Positions 28,270 through 41,849 of a stretch of 64,000 nt of DNA are shown here, piece after piece (position 1 is the first letter of the stretch; each line of letters starts with the position of its first letter). Source of the DNA: the human T2T-CHM13v2.0 reference genome, Homo sapiens; contig CP086569.2 in assembly GCA_009914755.4 (NCBI GenBank), forward strand, positions 4,864,001 through 4,928,000. Direction: 5' to 3'. A program made the position numbers and the translations under genes. The notes under the pieces are model-generated. The model was not told the origin of the DNA, made no database searches, and saw only the letters and a list, made by a program, of their open reading frames with translations.

Positions 28270-28430
28270 TGAAGTCGGCTCCTTTCTCTTCCCTTTCCTC
28301 TCTTTTCTTCTATTGTGTCTCTCCTTTTTCTTTCCCTTCTTTCCATTCCTCTCTTTGAATCTTCTATGTTCTCTTCCTCTTTTTTCCATATCTAGTCCTC
28401 CCTTCTCCTCATACTGAAGTAATTCAAAAT
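28270..28430. repeat. polypyrimidine (CT-rich) low-complexity tract
   Basis: The tract reads cggctcctttctcttccctttcctctcttttcttctattgtgtctctcctttttctttcccttctttccattcctctctttgaatcttctatgttctcttcctcttttttcc... and is almost pure pyrimidine on the + strand. Confidence 0.6.
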
Positions 28431-29380
28431 CTGCTACTAGGAATTGTTCAGTTAATATATCTTAAGACATGTGTCATGTTGACATATATTGTTAACTTAA
28501 TGTGTCTTCCTCTTTGCTGAGGGATATGTTGTCTTAATCTTTTTTTCCCCCAAACATTGCAATTTACTTCTCTCTCTCATACAAATAACCATAAACTAGT
28601 TATAGCAATCAATTCGCATGCAGTAATTACATTACCTATGATAATTATAATATGTGTCACCTGGACCTGTATTTGTTTTAATGGGAATCAATAATTCTCA
28701 AGTGGGCAGAAGTGTGTAGCTGATTATGTGTTCAAGTGATCAGAGATTAGGCAGCATTTGATTAAATGAACTGCCTGGATATTTTGCAATTACTTTTGAT
28801 CAGTCTGCTATGGCCACTGCTCCTGGCTGTCATGTGATGCAGTTGTCGAACACTAGTCTTACATACTGTGGTAGAGGACACAGACCAGTGTAGATCCGGA
28901 ACTCAATACAATCGCTTAGGGTTCTTCCAAAGAGAATGATTATACTACTCACTGTGAATAAGCTCAGCTGTCCAAGGCTACCCATTCTTGGGCTTCCAAG
29001 AATTCACTTCTTGATTCAAATATATATCCATTTCACAGGGGACCAACTGGCTGAAGGAACCCTAAATTGGGTTTGGTTTTCTGCACCTATTACCTTATAT
29101 ACCCAGACTCTCCATCACCTTCACTATCCAGGAATCTGCTACTAGGGTTTAGGCAGGTTTTCAAACCACAGTGGGCCTGATGAGAACCTGTTTCATTGGA
29201 CAGTGTTTATCACACATCCTTCAGAGGGAGGCTACCTGCTGTGATACTAGAAGGCCTCAAGAAAGTCCATCCTTCCTGATTCAATGTTGCTTACACTTCT
29301 TAAGTAAAAAAAGCTACTGTCATTGGATTCCCAACATTTCTTGTGAAAAAAAAAAGAAAAGAGAAAGAAGAAGAAAAGAA

Positions 29381-29684
<304 letters not shown>

Positions 29685-29699
29685 AATAAGAAGAGAAAA

Positions 29700-30700
29700 G
29701 CCAAAGGAAACAATACAGAATGTAAATTTAAGCCCATGTGGGAGGTAGTGGCATGAACCCTAACTACAGTTATGAAAAAAAATGGTTGTATATCTAATCA
29801 ATTTACGAAATTTTGATTTCAAATGCATATTAGCATAGTCAATGTTCTGAGAAGTCCTTACAAAAAAATAGATTTAACTGTATTCATTCAGCTTCTTGGA
29901 TCTGTAGGTTTGTGTTTTGTTTGCCAGATTTGTAAATTTTTCATCTATTATTTCTTCAGATACCTTTTTAGCCCTACCCTCTTTCTTCTCTCCAGAACTC
30001 TGAAGAAATGAACATTAGATCTTTTGTTATAATCCTACACGAACTTCAGGCTCTGTTAATTTTTTTATAGGCTATTTTCTTTCTGTTGTTCAAATAGATT
30101 AAATATGATTTTTTTCAATTTCTTTGATTCTTTCCTCTCCAAAAGATTCTCTGATCTTTTCCTCTCCAGAATGGTCCTCTCCATTCTGCTGTTAAACCCA
30201 TCCACTGAGTTTTTATTTTTGTTATTGTATTTTTTATTTGAGTTTCCATTTGATTCTTTTATAATTGATCCATTATGATTATACAGTTTTATAGGGTACA
30301 ATTTTATGTTTTGATACATCTATAGGTTGTATAATGATCAAATTAGGATATTTAACATATTTGTCACCTCATACATTTATCATTTGACTCTTATTTATAT
30401 CTTTTGTTTTTTCTGGGACTTTCCATATCTTTGCAGAAACTTTCTATTTTTTTTTTTTCATTTGTTTCAATGTGTTTGTGGTTGCTTGTTGGGAGATTTT
30501 TATGATGGCTGTTTTAAAATTCTTCCCAAATAATTCTAACAATTCTGTCATTCTGGTGTTGGTGTCTGTTGCTTGCTTTATCACTTTTACATGGAGATTT
30601 CCCTGCTTCATGGTAGGATGAGTGATTTTCAATTGAAATCTGGACATTTTCAGAATTTTGTTATGAAACTCCAAACTTCATTTAAATTTTCTGCTTTAGT
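29700..30700 (-). mobile_element. ancient L1/HAL1-type ORF1 remnant (ORF1 only; no ORF2 recognisable downstream)
   Basis: Minus-strand ORFs (30065-30319, ..NKKYNNKNKNSVDGFNSRMERTILERKRSENLLERKESKKLKKI..; 30444-30674, ..MTELLELFGKNFKTAIIKISQQATTNTLKQMKKKK) resemble the L1M/HAL1 ORF1p coiled-coil region. Confidence 0.5.
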
Positions 30701-30729
30701 AGGCCTTATCTGACACCACTCCAGTGAGA

Positions 30730-31250
30730 AAGGGGGCACTGCCTCATTATTTCCAGGGATAGCGGAAATCCCAATTTCCCACTCAACTTCTGTTAACACA
30801 CAGGAGGTGCAGGGGCTCCTACTTACTGCTAGGTGGGGCTAGGGTATACCTTTTTTCTACTAGGCCTCTGCTGTTATCTGTTGTAGGGAATGGCAGAGTG
30901 GCCTCATTACTACTCACTACGTGGCCTCCCTGAACTCTGGGGGGCTAGCCTCACTACTGTTGTGCTGAAGTGAGGGACCTGACTTTTCACTAAGTCTTCT
31001 CTGATACCATCTACTCTGGTGGGGAGGAAGAAGGGCACCTCCTTACTACAGGGTTGTGCCTGGCAATAAATTTTGGGTTCTCCATTCAGCTTTGCACCTG
31101 AAAGGGGGAGTTGCTTGTCATTGCTAGCTTAAGATGGGAGCTCTGGCTTTCCACTAGGTCTCCACTGATACTTCCTTGGCCGAGAAGAGTAAGAGTGACT
31201 AATTGCTACTTTCTGCACAATCTTCTCTGATATCAACCTGAAGCGGGGGC
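30730..31250. repeat. degenerate tandem array, about 6 units of 75-85 bp (recurring ..cctcattact..ctaggtc..ctgatac.. pattern), immediately 5' of the ancient ORF1
   Basis: Recurring blocks are visible by eye (gcctcattatttccaggg.., ggcctcattactactcactacgtggcctcc.., cctcactactgttgtgctgaagtgagggacctgacttttcactaagtcttctctgatacc.., gctctggctttccactaggtctccactgatac.., gactaattgctactttctgcacaatcttctctgatatc..). Confidence 0.4.
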
Positions 31251-32894
31251 TGGGGGCTAAGGATCCTTGTTACAGTTTGGCAATGGTAGAAGTCTACACC
31301 CTCCTCTTGGCTGGTGTGTGTTGGGTGGGGCTGCATTTTTTTCCTGTGGTGTTTGGCTGGAGTTAAAAAGTTATCATCTAACATTCTCTCCCTTGGTAAG
31401 CTGTCTCTTTCCAGGACGTTTGGCTACTGAGAACAGGCTTTTGTTAAGACTTTCTTTTTTTTTTTTTTTTTGGTCTGTTGGTGCTTCCAGGTTACTGGCT
31501 TTTCCAGTACCCAGTCTGGGATACATAAGGCAAAAAGAAAACCCAGGGAGCTCACCATCATGTCTTTCCTTGAGTTCTGAGGTCTCTGGCCAATGTCTGG
31601 CTTTCTCTTCACACTGTGTTTGCAGAAATCACTTTCTCTTAGACGTTCCAAGGATTTTTTCTCTTTTTTGTTAATCCTATTTAATTCTTTTTTTTTTTTT
31701 TAAGTATGTATCTTGGTGTTGGTAATTCTGGATTGATGTTCTCAGGAACTTGGTGTGTTATTTCAATATGTTGTTTCAATTTTTTTTTTAGTTTGCATTT
31801 GTTCAGTTATCTTGTTATTGATTTCTTCCTCAGTGATTCTTGTGATTTATATGTTGACTTGCGTTTACATGCTTTCAACATTTGACACTTTTTATTAAAT
31901 CATTATCATATTTTTTAATTTCTTTTTTTTTGCATGTCAAGAAATTTCCTCTGTTTGACCTGTATCTGTTTTGTTTATTTGTCTATTCCTTTGAATTTAG
32001 AAGGAACATTTTTGAAATTAATTTTTTCTTTTATTTCCAATTGTTTTGTTAGTTGTCACTTAAGTTTTTTTTTTAACAATATCTAACTCTGCTTTATATT
32101 GCTCTTTCACGTATTGTATAATTTTCTTAATGTCTGTTAGCTTATTTTTAAATAGTAAGTATTCATTTTAATCAATTTTTATGAGCTGGAGGGATGCTAT
32201 TCTGCTCCTTATTTTTTTTTTAAATCTTATAGTAACTTATGTGAGATTGTCCTCAATAATATTCCATTGCTCATGCTTATGTACAATTAGGTTTCTTAAA
32301 CTTCCAGATGAAGGCAAGATAGTTTTGTAGTTTTGTCTTGGTGTAGTGCCTTGCTCTAGAAGGAAGCCCTGGCTAGTCATTTTCAAATGTATATCAATCT
32401 ACACTACTGTAGTCGCTTCAGTCATAAAAGCTGACCCCTTGAGCTCACTGACTTTTGGAAGGGGCCAAACGCCTCTCAATTTCAGTTACTTTCTCGACTT
32501 TGCCTACTGTGCTTTCCTGTGAACACTTCTTTGCTATTTTGGCATTCTTGTGTTTTCAGGTTCAGCCACCCTATTGTGCCTCTCTGCTCATTTCCACACT
32601 GACCTTGATAACGTCCTGGTCTTGTGGCTATGGGTGGTGTTTTTCTCCACCACTTGTGTTTTAAGAATCATGAGAACACCTTGTCACCTAGTGCAGTTGT
32701 AAATATTGTCTCTGGTTTTTTGGTGTTGCTGTCAGGTTGCTCTGTTTCTCTAAGGAGATTCTGGGAGTTTCAAAAACTGCCATCACCATCATCTTCTCAG
32801 AATCATCTTTTATTACACTTAGTTTGCTCACAGCTTGAGAAAGATTATCTTGTTTTGGACTCTCAACAGCCTTATGGGGCAATTATTTTTATTA

Positions 32895-33020
32895 TTTCTA
32901 TATTTTAGATGAGACAACTGAAGCTAAGTTAAACACAGCTAATATGTGGTGGAGCAAGGACTTAGGTCTGGTAGAAATTAAATCTTATGCTTTTAACTAT
33001 CAGATATCGCTTCACTACTG
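32895..33020 (+). mobile_element. MIR fragment
   Basis: The sequence ttagatgagacaactgaagctaagttaaacacagctaatatgtggtggagcaaggacttaggtctggtagaaattaaatcttatgcttttaactatcag resembles the MIR core and 3' region. Confidence 0.5.
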
Positions 33021-35788
33021 GTGTAAATGGGGTGTAGTTTGGGGCAGAGTTTGGGAGGAATAACCTATGTTTTTGAATTAAATAATTTTTCCTTAAGTCC
33101 AACATTTAATGAGCACTTACAATATGCTAGCTATTGGGTGTAGCCTTGGAAATACAAGAGTGAAAAAAAGTGATGAGATTCTTGTTATCAAGAAGCAATA
33201 AAAATCATTAAATCAGGAGATAGCATTGGCCACACAGGTTGTACCAATATTCATTTGCATGCATAACTAAGCATTTTGAAAACCAGTTTAGATCTGTGTG
33301 CAAAGAAGAACATAACACACCAAGGTGAAATTTGTTGAAGTTTAGAGTCCTTTCAGATTAACAAGTTTGCAAAATCTGTGTTCTCTTTAATTAGTTTCCC
33401 AATGTGATGTGTTAACAGTAGACTGGTTTATATTTTATTAAAAGTAATTTTGAACATATATTACCTAGTGCTTTCAGCGGATGAACAGAAATTGGAAGAG
33501 TATATCCTTTATTAACTTTCTCCTCACCTGTAAGGCTGTGTTTTATTTCAAAAAATAGAAAAAAGCTGCTATGACTATCACTGTTTTGAATCATCCTTTT
33601 ATAGATGAGAAGCTGCAAGTTCAATGAATATTATACATATTTTTAAAAATATTAAGCTATGAATTGTGCTAAAATTCATGTTAGACTCTTGGCTTTTTTC
33701 TCCCCCTCCTTTAGAGAAAGAGTTGGAGGTTAGGGATGCCTCTACATTAAAGTTGTGTTTCTGGGAAGTAATAAATTTAGAACTGATGAAATTAGAAAAA
33801 CCTAATTTTCTCAGGGCCTGAAAATCTGCAGGAAGACTGACAAAACTGCTTTAAAAGGCTGCTTTCGGGAAATAAAAAGAAAGGGACCTGTTAGGGTCTT
33901 CTTCCGTTCCCCTTGGCTGCAGGAGTAATGCTTCTTTCTGGTAATTGGCCTGACTTCATTTACACTTACATTTATTATTAATGTCAAGAATAACATTTTC
34001 TGCTGCTGTGCTTGTTCCATGTAAACTGATCCTCTACAGCATTTTGCCAATCATTATACAGTGCTTGGTTTTTTTTAAGTTTTTCTTGGTGAAGGCGGCA
34101 GAGGAATAATACAGTATTTTATGTCAATAACAACCTCTTGTTTTTCTTTCTTCCAGCTTTACGAGGTAAGATTTAACAAATAAAAATTGTATAAATTTAA
34201 GGTATACATTGTTATGTTTTGATACACATATACATTGTGAAATGATTACCACAGTAAAACTAATTAACATGTAAATTACATCACATATTTACCTTTTTGT
34301 GTTTGTGGTGAGAACACTTGAGATCTGCCCTCTTAGCAAATACATTACGTCTCTAGAATTTATTCCTCTTCTAACTGAAAGTTTGTACCCTTTCACCAAC
34401 TTCTTCTCATTTTCCTCACCCTCCCAGCCCTTGGTAATGACCATTCTGCAATCTGTTTCTGAGTTAGAATTTTTAGATTTCACGCTAAGAGAAACAATGT
34501 ACTATTTCTCTTTATGTCTCTAGATTATTTCATTTAGTATAATGTCCTCCATGTTCATCAATGTTGTCACAAATATCAGGATCTCCTTGTTTTTAAGGGC
34601 TGAATAATATTCCATTGTATATATACATTACATTTTCTTTATTCATTTATATATTGATGGACACTTAGGTTGCTTCCATATCTTGGCTATTGTGAATAAT
34701 GCTGCAAAGAACATGAGAACGTAGATATCCCATTAGCATGGTGATTTAATTTCCTTAGGAAATTCCCCAGAAGTGGGATGGCTGAATCACATTGTAGGTC
34801 TATTTTCAAGGTGTCGAGGAACATCCACACTGTTTTCCATAATGGCTGTACGAATTTACATCCCCCCCCCACAGTTTACAAGGGTTCCCTATTCCCCACA
34901 TCTTTGCTAACAATTGATGTTTTTACTGTTTTTTATAATAGCCAATCTAACAGGTAATGGAGTAATATTTCATCATGGTTTTAATTTGCATTTCCCTAAT
35001 GATTAGTGATGTTGCACACATTTTCATGTGCTTGTTAGCCATCATTTTTTTGTCTTTGCAGAAATGACTATTCAAGTCTTTTGCATATTGTTCATTGGAT
35101 TATTCGGTGTTTTATAATCTTTTAAAAGTATTTAGTTGTATGAGTTAGTTATATATTTTAGATATTAACCCCTTATCAGATATGTGATTTGTAAATATGT
35201 CCTCCTATTCTGTAGGTTGCCTTTTCATTTAGTGGTTTCCTTTGCTATGCAGAAATGTTTTAGTTTAATGTAGTTCCAATTGTTTATCTTTGCATTTGTT
35301 GCCTATTCTTTTGGTGTCACGTTAAAAAAGAAAACAAAAAAACAAACAAAAAAAACACTGCTGAGACAAATGTCAAGGAGCTTTCCTCTGTTTTCTTCTA
35401 GGAATTTTACAGTTTTATGAGTTATATTTAAGTCTTAATCAGTTTTGAGTTGATGTTTGTGTGTGATGTAAGATAAGAGTCTATCTTTCTTCTTTTTGAA
35501 TATGGATATCCAGTTTTCCCAGTGCCACTTATTGAGGAGACTATGCTTTCCCTATTGTGCATTCTTGGTACCTTTCTTGAAGATTACTTAACTGTCTATG
35601 TGTGGGTTTATTAATGGACTCTATTCTGTTCCATTGGCCTATGTGTCTGTCTTTATGCCAGTACCATACTGTTTTAATTACTATAGCTTTGTACCATAGT
35701 TTGGACTCAAGTAGTGTAATGCCTCCAGCTTTGTTCTTCTTCCTCAAGAGTCTTTTAGCTATTCTGAGGTTTTTGTGGTTCCATATGA

Positions 35789-36249
<461 letters not shown>

Positions 36250-36556
36250 TTTTTTTTTTTTTTTTTTTTTTTGAGACGGAGGTTCAGTCTCCTCACCCAG
36301 GCTGGAGTGCAATGGTGCAATCTCGGCTCCCTGCAATCTCCGCCTCCCCGGTTCAAGTGATGATTCTCCTGCTCAGCCTCCCGAGTAGCTGGGATTACAG
36401 GTGCCCACCACCATGCCCAGCTAATTTTTGTATTTTTAGTAGAGACAGGGTTTCTCCAAGTTGGCCAGGCTGGTCTCGAACTCCTGACCTCAGGTGATCC
36501 ACCTGCCTCGGCCTCCCAAAGTGCTGGGATTACAGGTGTGAGCCACCACGCCCAAC
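36250..36556 (-). mobile_element. Alu SINE (older of the tandem pair)
   Basis: (T)24 is followed by gagacggaggttcagtctcctcacccaggctggagtgcaatggtgcaatctcggctccctgcaatctccgcctccccggttc...ggtgtgagccaccacgcccaacc. Confidence 0.9.
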
Positions 36557-36638
36557 CCTTCTTCATTTTTAAAAATCAATACTTTACAGTTTTCAGTGTA
36601 CAGATATTGTACCTCTGTGGTTAACTTATCCCTAAGTA

Positions 36639-37081
36639 CAGTTGACCCTTAAACAACACAGGTTTGAACCACACAGGTTTACAGATACATGGTTTTCTTT
36701 CACCTCTATCAGACCTGAGACAGGAAACCAAACCCCCACCTCTTCCTTCTCCTCTTCAGCCTAATTTATGTGAAGATGGTAACGATAAAGAGCTTTATGA
36801 TAACCCACTTCCACTTAAGGAATAGTAAATATATTTTCTCTTTTTATGATTTTCTTAATAACATTTTCTTTAATCTAGCTTACTTTATTGTAAGAATACA
36901 GCATATGATACACATAACATACAAACTATGTGTTAATCAACTGTTTATGTTATCATCAAGGCTTACAGTCAACAGTAGGCAATTAGTAGTAAAGATTTTA
37001 GAGTGTCAAAGGTCATATGTGGATTTTCAACAGCATGGAAGTTAGTGCCTCTAACCCCCATGTTGCGCAAGGGTCCAGCTG
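36639..37081. mobile_element. Tigger-type (pogo/Tc1-mariner superfamily) MITE, about 440 bp, MER28/Tigger1-derivative-like; TA target-site duplication
   Basis: The TIRs are cagttgacccttaaacaacacaggtttgaac... and ...catgttgcgcaagggtccagctg. TA flanks both ends. The host L1MA sequence is continuous across the insertion (..ttatccctaagta | ttttttaaaatttattg..). Confidence 0.7.
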
Positions 37082-38037
37082 TATTTTTTAAAATTTATTG
37101 TTAATTGTATTGTCTACTTAATTACTTTTTTAATAGTTAGTTGTTAGTATATAAATTCGCAACTGGTATTTTTATGTTGATTTTGTGTCTTGCAGCTTTA
37201 TTGAATTCCTTTATTATTTCTAACAGGTTTTGGTGAATTGTTAGTGTTTTTACACAAGGTCATGTCACCTGCAAACACTGAAAATTTTACTTCTTTCTGA
37301 TTTGGATGTCTTTTTTTTTCTTGTTTAATTTTTCTGGCAGGGACTTCTAGTACTATGTTGAATAGAAGTGGCAAAGGAGACATCTTTGTCTTATTCCTTA
37401 TCTTAGAGGAAAAGTTTCAAATTTTCACTGTTGAATAGAATGTTAGCTGTGGGTTTGTCTTACAAGATTCTTATTATGTTATGTTGAGCTATGTTCCTTC
37501 TATATCTAATTTATTGAAAGTTTTTAATGATAAAAGTATGTTGAATTTTATCAAATTTTTTCTGCAACTATTAAGATGATTATATGATGTTTGTCTTTCA
37601 TCCTGTTAATGAGTTGTATATTTATTGATTTGTATATGTTTAATCATCATTGCATTCCAGAAATAAATCCCACTTGATCATGGTGTATGATCTTTTTAAT
37701 GTGCTGCTGATTTCAGTTTGTTAGTATTTTGTTGAAGATATTTGTATCAATGTTTATCAGGCATATTGACTATAATTTTTTTTATAATGTCCTTGTCTGG
37801 ATTTGGTAACAGGGTATTGCTGGTCTCATAAAGTGGTTTTGGAGGTGTTCTCTCCTCTCTTCAGTTTTTAAAAGAGTTTGTGAGGGATTGCTTATATTGT
37901 AGTTTTGCTTTAAATATTTGGTAGAATTCACCAATAAAGCCATCTGTTCCTGGTGTTTTCTTTGTTAGATTTTTGATTACTGATTCAGCCTCCTCATGTG
38001 TAATTAATCTGTTAAGATTTCCTATTTCTTTTCTCGT

Positions 38038-38336
38038 TTCTTTTTTTTTTCTTGAGACAGAGTCTCATTCTGTCACCCAGGCTGGGGTGCAGTGGCACAA
38101 TCTTAGCTCACTGCAACCTCTACCTCCCAGGTTCAAGTGATTCTTCTGCCTCAGCCTCCTGAGTAGCTGGGATTACAGGCTCCCGCCGCCATGCCCTGCT
38201 AATCTGTGTATTTTTAGTAGAGACGGGATTTCACCATGTTGGCCAGGCTGGGCTCGAACTCCTGACCTCAAGTGATCTGCCCACCTCGGCCTCCCAAATT
38301 GCTGTGAATACAGGCATGAGCCACCGCACACAGCAA
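38038..38336 (-). mobile_element. Alu SINE with about 17-bp TSD AGATTT(C/T)CTATTTCTT
   Basis: (T)n is followed by cttgagacagagtctcattctgtcacccaggctggggtgcagtggcacaatcttagctcactgcaacc..ggcatgagccaccgcacacagc. Confidence 0.9.
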
Positions 38337-38989
38337 GATTTTCTATTTCTTCATAATTCTGTCTTGGTAAGTTGTATGTTTCCAGAAATTAATCTATTTC
38401 TTCTAGTTATTCAATTTGTTGGTGAATAATTCTTCATAGTAGCCTCTTAAGATTCTTTGTATCTTTGTGGTATCCGTTGTAATGCCTGGTCTTTTAGTTC
38501 TGATTTTATTTATTTGAGTCTTCTCTTGTTTTCTTAGTCTAGCTAAAAGATTGATAAAATTTGATAAAATTCAACATACTTTTATCAATTTTGTTTATCT
38601 TTGCAAAAAAAAATCCTCTTAGGTTGTGGATCTATTTGACTCTATCAATCATCTTTATTGTTTTTTTATCCTATGGTGGTATTTGTTAATTCTACAAAAG
38701 TCTGAAATAATTTTGCTATATGTTAACTGTAGTCTTAGTCCATCCAGACTAACCATTTCTCTATGATATATTCTACCATGTTGAACATTATATTTATACA
38801 TTTATTTGTTTGTATTTAATTGTCCTTTTATGTAATTTTTTCCTCTCCATCCAAATTATAAGCTCCTATAAGGTGGGGCTCGTGTGTTATATTTTCCAAT
38901 ATTGTCACTATGCCGAATACAGTAGTAAGCATTCAGTACATATTCAGTAAATAATCTATTTCCTGATTGATAGTATGTTTGCATGTTTC

Positions 38990-39294
38990 TTTTCCTTTTA
39001 TTTTATTTTTTTTGAGACAGTCTCTCACTCATCTCCTAGGCTGTAGTGCAATGATGTAAACACGGCTCACTGCTGCCTCAACCTCCCCAGCTCAAAGGAT
39101 CCTCCCACCTCAGCCTCTCAAGTAGCTGGCACTACAGGCATGCCCCACCATGTCCAACTATTTTTAAATTTTTTTTGTAAAGATGGAGCCTCACTGTGTT
39201 GCCCTGGCTGGTCTCAAACTTCTGGGCTCAAGTGATCCTCCTGCCTCAACCTTCCAAAGTGCTGGGATTACAGACATGTGCCACCATCCCCAGC
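38990..39294 (-). mobile_element. AluJ-like (diverged) SINE with about 13-bp TSD (A/G)ATAGTATGTTT(C/G)
   Basis: The sequence ttttattttattttttttgagacagtctctcactcatctcctaggctgtagtgcaatgatgtaaacacggctcactgctgcctcaacctccccagctcaaagg...agacatgtgccaccatccccagcc diverges more from the consensus than the other Alus. Confidence 0.85.
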
Positions 39295-41540
39295 CTTAAT
39301 AGTATGTTTCTGTAAAAGAGCAATACAGTAACATTTCAGTTAACTGGTATGTTGGCAACAAATTTATTTTGATTAATGGATTTTCCATTTAACAGTTTTT
39401 ATTGTTTTATTCAGTGCAGTTCTTTAAAGTGGGTTATTCCCTGCCTAGACTAGTGGGATCAACCACCAAAACCTTCAAATATGTGCATTGATATTTGTTT
39501 ACACTCTTAATTCTGTTATTTTTTGGAAGACACCTATGTTTCTCATGAAACTTCAACCAGAGCAATATGTCTGGAAAGAGGCCACATGAAAATGTTCAAA
39601 ATTGTTACTAAAAATGTTACATAAACAGCATAAACTTAGAAGAAAAAATAAAATATTTACTCTGAAATTTGTATGGTTTAAAATAATAGAGTCAGTAGAG
39701 CTTTATAAAAAAATGACAGCTTCCTACTTTTTAATTGAAGAATAAACATATAACACTGGCTATACTAGATGGAGAGACTCAGAGGTAGTCATGGAATCAG
39801 ATGGTGAGAAGAATGACCCATTTGTAATAACTAATCTCATTGCTGGTGTTTATTCCAACAATCTAGCATGGCATATTTTTCTTTTTCATTGTTTCTTCTT
39901 TATCCCTACCAAACTGTATGTCCCTGGATTAAGGCTACATGAATAGCTTCACGGCTTGCAGCAGTTCAGAGTAAGCAGGTGTAAAGGGACAGCCTTAAAA
40001 TAGGAGTCTAATTTTTAAAATGGAAATATAACATTGGCTTTCGTCGTCTTAGCTGGCAAAGTAACTCTAGGTTAATGACTGAAGAAATGGTGTTTCACTA
40101 TGTATGGGGGGTTTAAAAACATGAGTCAACTGGCAGGCAGACAGATTCTACTCTCACTAGGTAAGAAAGTAACGATTATATATGACCAGGGCTGGATCAT
40201 ACAAACCCTACCCTGAAGTTATACTCCTTAATTAAAGTAATTAATGAATGTTATTATGACTTTAGTGTAAATTGAATGTTTCACCTGAAGATATCAAACA
40301 GACCACATTTGAGTCCAAATCTTTAGTTCTTTTGGATTTATATTAATTCCTTTGTTCCATTTTCACATACGGATTTGCCAAGGTGCCACTGGACTGGGTT
40401 CTGGTTAACCGAAGTATTACAGCATACAATGAAATAAAATAGTATTTAATATATTACATATTTAGTTTCTATTGTATTTAAAGTTATACCTAAGTACATT
40501 CTTATTTCCTTTTAAAAAATTATTTTTGTGGGTACATAATGAGTGTATATATCTATGGGGTACATGAGATTTTTTGATACAGGCATGCAATGTGAAATAA
40601 GGATGTCATAGAGAAGGGAGTATCCATCCCCTCAAGCACTTATCCTTCAAGTTACAAACAATCCAATTAAAAATTTTAAGTTATTTTAAAATGTACAATT
40701 AAGTTGTGATTGACTATGGTCACCCTATTGTGCTACCGATTAGTAGTCTTGTTTATTCGTTCTAACTATATTTTTACCCATTAAACATTTCACCCTCACC
40801 CAAGCCCCCCATTACCCTTCCTAGTCTCAGGTAATCATTCTTCTACTCTCTATCCCCATGAGTTCAATTGCTTTGATTTTTAGATCGCACAAATAAGCGA
40901 GACCATGCCATGTTTGTCTTTCTGTGTTTGGTTTATTTCACTTAACATAATGATCACAAGTTCCATCCATGTTGTTGCAAATGACTGGATTTCTTTATTT
41001 TGATGTCTGAATGGTATTCCATTGTGTATATCTATGACATTTTTTAAATCCATTCATCTATTGATGGACACTTAGGTTGCATTCAAATCCTGGCTATTGT
41101 GAACAGTGCTGCAATAAACATACGAGTGCAGAAATCTTGTTGATATACTGATTTCCTTTCTTTTGGGTATATACACAGCAGTAGGATTGCAAGATCATAT
41201 GATAGCACAATTTTTAGTTTTTTGAGGAATCTCCAAACTATTCTCCCTGGTGATTGTACTAATTTCCAATCCCAACAACTGTATATAAGAGTTATTTTTT
41301 CTCCACATCCTCCCCAGCATTTGTTATTGCTTGTATTTTGGATATAAGCTATTTTAACTGGGGTGAGATGATATCTCATTGTAGTTTTGATTTGCATTTC
41401 TCTGATGATCAGTGATGTTGAGCACCTTCTCATATGCCTGTTTGCCATTTGTATGTCTTGTTTTGAGAAATGTCTATTCAAATCTTTTGCTCATTTTTTG
41501 ATTGGATTATTAGATTTTCTTCCTACAGAGTTATTTGAGC

Positions 41541-41849
41541 TTTTTTTTTTTTTTTTTTTTTTTTTTTGAGACAGAGTTTCTCTCTTGTTGTCCAGGCTGG
41601 AGTGCAATGACGTGCTCTCGGCTCACCACAACCTCTGCCAACTGGGTTCAAGAGATTCTCCTGCCTCAGCCTCCTGACTAGCTGGGATTACAGGCATGCA
41701 CCACCATGCCTAGCTAAATTTGTGTTTTTAGTAGAGATGGGGTTTCTCCATGTTGGTCAGGCTGGTCTCGAACTCCCGACCTCAGGTGATCTGCCCACCT
41801 CACCCTCCCAAATTGCTGGGATTATAGGTGTGAGCCAGCACGCCCAGCC
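41541..41849 (-). mobile_element. Alu SINE; TSD TTTGAGC
   Basis: (T)28 is followed by gagacagagtttctctcttgttgtccaggctggagtgcaatgacgtgctctcggctcaccacaacc...ggtgtgagccagcacgcccagcc. The sequence tttgagc flanks both ends. Confidence 0.9.
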
